Source: Desulfotalea psychrophila LSv54 (lineage in GTDB: Bacteria; Desulfobacterota; Desulfobulbia; Desulfobulbales; Desulfocapsaceae). From it: a DNA stretch of 32,000 nucleotides. The stretch is taken from contig NC_006138.1 of the NCBI RefSeq assembly GCF_000025945.1, positions 120,001 through 152,000 on the forward strand, in the 5' to 3' direction. The notes beneath the pieces were generated by a model. The model did not search any database. It was not told the DNA's origin and worked only from the letters and a program-made list of their open reading frames with translations. The position numbers and the translations under genes were made by a program. Shown here in pieces: positions 29,059 to 32,000 of this stretch (its first letter is position 1; every line of letters starts with the position of its first letter).

Positions 29059-29086
29059 TTGACAAGAACAGGGAAAAAACTATATA
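29059..29086 (+). promoter_or_regulatory. Candidate sigma70 promoter of the arsR/smtB-permease operon
   Basis: TTGACA (29059-29064), a 16-nt spacer, then TATATA (29081-29086). An AAGGAGGG RBS sits at 29110-29117 and the ATG at 29127. Confidence 0.5.
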
Positions 29087-29106
29087 TGAACATATATTCA
29101 CATATA
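29081..29106. promoter_or_regulatory. 12-2-12 imperfect inverted repeat, ArsR/SmtB-type operator
   Basis: TATATATGAACA-TA-TATTCACATATA has 10 of 12 arm positions complementary. The core TGAACA-nn-TATTCA matches the SmtB/CzrA-class operator as I recall it. It overlaps the -10 element and the predicted transcription start. Confidence 0.55.
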
Positions 29107-29126
29107 ACAAAGGAGGGACAATTATA

Positions 29127-29477
29127 ATGGCCGCAGACAAATGCGACACAAGAATCATTCACGCTGAGCGGGTAGCAAAAGCCCACAAAACAGCGATACA
29201 AGGAGAAGAGGCAGAGACCCTCTCTCAATTTTTCAAGGTGTTTAGTGACCCTGGAAGGTTACGGATTTTATCTGCCCTCCGCCATCAGGAGATGTGCGTC
29301 TGTGACCTCGCTGCCTTTTTACAGGGTTCAGAATCAGCAGTAAGCCATCAGCTTCGCCTGCTGCGCACCATGAACCTGGTGAAAAATCGCCGAGAAGGTA
29401 CTGTCCTCTACTACCGTCTCACGGATAAACATGTAGACGAAATCATTGTCACTGGACTAACTCACATCAAAGAATAA
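29127..29477 (+). CDS. ArsR/SmtB-family metalloregulator
   Basis: A winged helix-turn-helix is present (RLRILSAL..EMCVCDLAAFLQGSESAVSHQLRLLRTMNLVKNRREGTVLYYRL). There is an alpha3 CVC motif, Cys6 in the N-terminal arm, and a C-terminal D-x-H-x10-H-x2-E pattern (DKHVDEIIVTGLTHIKE) matching the SmtB alpha5 Zn site. Confidence 0.92.
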   Translation: MAADKCDTRIIHAERVAKAHKTAIQGEEAETLSQFFKVFSDPGRLRILSALRHQEMCVCDLAAFLQGSESAVSHQLRLLRTMNLVKNRREGTVLYYRLTDKHVDEIIVTGLTHIKE

Positions 29478-29487
29478 GGAAGATATC

Positions 29488-30570
29488 ATGTTCGAAACCA
29501 TCGATAAGGTGCTGTTCGCCTCCTGGGCAATACTCCTTGACTCCGCACTCTATATGCTCATAGGAATCTGCATCGCAGGGTTCCTCAAGGTATTTCTCAA
29601 CCCCAACTTTATTAGCCGTCATCTGGGGCAGGGTCGCTTTGCCTCCGTACTCAAGGCGGCATTTCTAGGTGTCCCCCTACCGCTCTGATCTTGTGGCGTG
29701 TTGCCGGCGGCAGCATCACTGAAGAAACAGGGCGCAAATAATGGGGCAACAACTGCCTTTCTTATCTCAACCCCGGAATCAGGAGTAGATTCAATAGCGG
29801 TAAGTTATGCCCTGCTTGATCCCATCATGACCATAATGCGCCCCCTGGCAGCATTCGTTACCGCTACCCTGGCAGGATTTTTAGAAAATATTATCTCCTA
29901 CAAGAGGCAAGCTCCTGCCATCCAAATGTTTTCAGAGGTTGAAGAGACAGAGGAGTGCTGCTCCGACCCTGCCTGCGGCTCGACCAACAGGAGCGGTGAC
30001 ACTCTACGGCACAAACTCGTAGAGGGTATTCGTTTTGCCCTCTTCGATGTATGGGCAGATATTGCCCTGTGGTTTTTTGCAGGTGTCATCCTTGCCGGAA
30101 GCATTACCGCCCTGGTACCAACAGGAATAATAGAGAACTGGCTGGGTGGAGGCATAGAATCACTCCTGTTAATGCTTGTCTTTGGTATCCCCCTCTATAT
30201 CTGCGCAACAGCATCAACGCCAATTGCAGCCGCCCTTATCCTCAAGGGAGTCAGCCCCGGAGCTGCCTTGGTTTTTCTCTTGACAGGACCTGCTACCAAT
30301 ATCACTTCACTATCAGTTCTATTGAAGATACTGGGAAAGAAGGGCACCATCAGATACCTCATCTCCATTGCCGTAATGGCAGTGATTTTTGGCCTGCTAA
30401 CCGATTCCATCTACAGCAGTCTGGGGATTTCCCCACGGGCAATTATCGGTACAGCCGCAAAAATTGTACCTGATACAGTACAGATAACCTGCGCCATAAT
30501 TCTGGTATTGCTCACCTATAACCCCCTGTTTACTTACCTCAACATAACGTTTAAAAAGAAAAAACGATAA
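29488..30570 (+). CDS. DUF318/ArsP-type (SO_0444-like) metal(loid) permease read as one 360-codon gene with the in-frame TGA at 29686-29688 as candidate selenocysteine
   Basis: Track ORFs 29488..29688 and 29698..30570 are in the same frame, and the only interruption is one TGA. The joined sequence reads ..AAFLGVPLPL-[TGA]-SCGVLPAAASLKKQGANNGATTAFLISTPESGVDSIAV... The second half carries the repeat-2 signature GIPLYICATASTPIAAALILKGVSPGAALVFLLTGPATN. There is no SD sequence before the GTG at 29698. The start is 10 nt after the arsR stop. Confidence 0.7.
29693..29719 (+). promoter_or_regulatory. Candidate bacterial SECIS-like hairpin downstream of the in-frame TGA
   Basis: An 8-bp core GUGUUGCC (29698-29705) / GGCAGCAU (29709-29716) includes two G-U pairs and has a G-containing apical loop GGC. 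It can be extended with bulges to 29693/29719. The first loop G is 20 nt from the U of UGA. Confidence 0.4.
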
Positions 30571-30587
30571 AAGATCCTTGTCTTATT

Positions 30588-30634
30588 GGCCTAACCTATA
30601 GTAATTTAGTCTACAGGTTAGGCTGTTCCTTTTA
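30588..30634 (+). terminator. Possible terminator after the permease gene
   Basis: A 9-bp stem GCCTAACCT (30589-30597) / AGGTTAGGC (30615-30623) has a large 17-nt loop, followed by TGTTCCTTTT. Confidence 0.4.
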
Positions 30635-30701
30635 AAGCCCAATAAAAACCTCACTTTGATGACATCTACTCCCCCCTTACCCGCCCCCAAAAGGAGGTTT
30701 C

Positions 30702-31691
30702 ATGCACTCAGGTCGTTTATGGCAACGAATAGTAAATACAGAACGCTGGGGACTTCGGGCACGACTGGCATATACTACTGGATTTCTTTTACTTATTGGC
30801 GCATCGGTCACTCTCTTTGCCATAGCAAGTAGCCTCCATCACAGTACCGAAAAAAGCATCCAAACAAGAATAGACAATTTCACCATCCTCCTCTCCCAGG
30901 CAACGACTCATATCTCCTCACAGCTTCTGGAAGAGGCAAGCTATATCAGTATCAATCCTGATGTCCAGAAAAGTCTCAGACAAAATAAGCCTGACCTCCT
31001 AGGCGACAAGATTTTCACCTCTCTGGAAAAAATTGCCCTTCTCAGTAAACGCTCACCAACACAGATTCAGATATTCACCCCAACCCTTAAACCATTTTTC
31101 CAAGCCCAGACCAACATCCCAGCAAGAGGAGCCGATGAGTTTCCTCTACTCAAGGCAAGCAAAACATCTTTACAGCCAGCAGCAGGACTTAAAAAGAGCT
31201 CGGGGAAAATAGTCTTTACGGCAAGTGTACCTATTACTTACCAAGGGCAGCTCATTGGCTTTGCCCTGGCGACACGCCCCTTAGAAACACTCAAGCTCAA
31301 TCTGGACCAGACAATCTCCCATAATTTTAGCCTCATCATAAGCACCGATCAAGAAAAGACACCAAAGGCCACCGGCAAAAAAGAGCGCATTGCTATGAGC
31401 TGGGGGATTCCCGATCAAACCAACTCAGCCCCCACAACCTTACCCTCCAAGTCCATCTACACCAAAATAGTTCCCCTTATGGCCTACGATGGCAAAGAAA
31501 TTGGCACCACCCAGATTAACTTTGACGGCAAGGCCTTCTTAAGCCAGGCAGAAAAGACCATCTACATCCTCTTTTTCACCACCGTCATCGGTGTAAGTCT
31601 GGTCTTCCTCTCTATCTTTTGGAATGTCAATATGATCCGTGACTGCCTGAAGCAGATCAAAAAATCACTTATCTCATCGCACTCCAATGAT
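30702..31691 (+). CDS. Two-TM sensor protein, N-terminal part (Cache-like periplasmic domain); probably the 5' portion of a frame-disrupted chemoreceptor-type gene
   Basis: This ORF is not in the supplied track; I translated it by hand. AAGGAGG lies at 30691-30697 and the ATG at 30702. There are 329 sense codons to TGA 31689-31691. TM1 is LAYTTGFLLLIGASVTLFAIASSL. A periplasmic region of ~230 aa shows Cache-like strands (GKIVFTASVPITYQGQLIGFALATRPLETL; IYTKIVPLMAYDGKEIGTTQINF). TM2 is TIYILFFTTVIGVSLVFLSIFW. Confidence 0.85.
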
Positions 31692-32000
31692 TTTAGCGAA
31701 CGCTTCAACCTCAAGCCCGTTCACTGCCGGGAAATGTTAAACTGCTCCCACAAAGAGTGTCCTGTCTACCAAGAACCAAGCAAAATCTGCTATCTGGAAA
31801 CCGGAGATGAGGCCATTTCTCCCGCCAACAGAGGTGCCTGCATTTTTTTAAACCAATACAAACACTGCACAAACTGTCCTGTCTACGAGACACAACGCGG
31901 AGATGAAATAACGGAGATCAAGCAGATTGTAAATACCATCATGGGCCTGTGGAGCGACTTTCTGGGAGATGTTTCCAATCTCCTCGCCGATGTCTACAAA
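31651..32000 (+). CDS. Continuation in the +1 frame: HAMP-connector-like segment, 7-Cys module, HAMP AS2-like helix (3' end lies outside the window)
   Basis: The frame with codon starts at 31681, 31684 and so on is open from 31651 to the window end. It reads ..HSNDFSERFNLKPVHCREMLNCSHKECPVYQEPSKICYLETGDEAISPANRGACIFLNQYKHCTNCPVYETQRGDEITEIKQIVNTIMGLWSDFLGDVSNLLADVY. The only in-frame start is the ATG at 31735. It is best explained as the same gene as 30702..31691 after a 1-nt frame break between 31651 and 31688. Confidence 0.7.

Noticed and set aside
29698-30570. Treating the permease as two independent genes (66 aa plus 290 aa).
   Set aside because: There is no RBS before the GTG at 29698. 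The 66-aa piece is not a viable membrane protein on its own. The split falls inside a conserved motif. A pseudogene by nonsense mutation remains the main alternative to Sec and is noted in the finding.
31651-31691. Programmed +1 ribosomal frameshifting in the sensor gene.
   Set aside because: There is no slippery or shifty-stop context comparable to prfB (CUU UGA C with an upstream SD). The sequence is UCG CCA CUC CAA UGA. An indel or a pseudogene is more parsimonious.
31711-31893. A 60-aa minus-strand ORF, the only track entry after 30570.
   Set aside because: It is antisense to the Cys-rich module frame, which has much stronger coding logic (duplicated CPVY units and continuity with a HAMP AS2-like helix).
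1-32000. Mobile elements, prophage genes, CRISPR arrays, tRNA/rRNA genes, or a compositional island.
   Set aside because: I saw no transposase, integrase or phage signatures, no regularly spaced direct repeats, no T-loop-like GGTTCGAATCC motifs, and no obvious shift in GC content or codon style across the window.

Overview
A 32-kb chromosomal window of about 47% GC, densely coded. I found no rRNA, tRNA, CRISPR array, transposase or integrase. The gene content (Sec usage, a Cys-rich chemoreceptor-type sensor, a mitochondrial-type aconitase, an MshL-like secretin) suggests an anaerobic Desulfobacterota-like genome; this is low-confidence inference. Layout from left to right: (1) The tail of a type IV pilus or MSHA-like envelope module runs from 2 to 5141. 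It holds a PilO-like 3' end, PilP, an AMIN-AMIN-N0-TPR protein with no pore domain, a separate lipoprotein secretin and an LpoB/CsgG-like lipoprotein. (2) Housekeeping genes follow: secB, uvrA and a CoA-binding protein on the minus strand, then glyQ without glyS, an EamA transporter, dtd and a PreP-like M16C peptidase. (3) Three small envelope proteins sit on the minus strand: a YgdI-like lipoprotein, a glycine-zipper lipoprotein and a secreted 22-aa-repeat protein. (4) Next come rsmB, a hypothetical protein, an M24 Xaa-Pro peptidase, a second hypothetical protein, a mitochondrial-type aconitase, a DHH-DHHA1-CBS phosphoesterase and lon. (5) A helical-repeat protein and a PP2C-like phosphatase form a pair. 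(6) An ArsR/SmtB metalloregulator with a recognisable operator precedes a DUF318/ArsP-type permease. That permease's reading frame is interrupted by an in-frame TGA exactly where the family has a conserved Cys, so it is a candidate selenocysteine. (7) A two-TM sensor gene runs from 30702 to beyond the window end. Its 329-codon ORF is missing from the supplied ORF track, it carries a +1 frame break, and it continues into a 7-Cys module that appears inserted in a HAMP connector. The Sec-permease and the unlisted sensor are the most interesting items.
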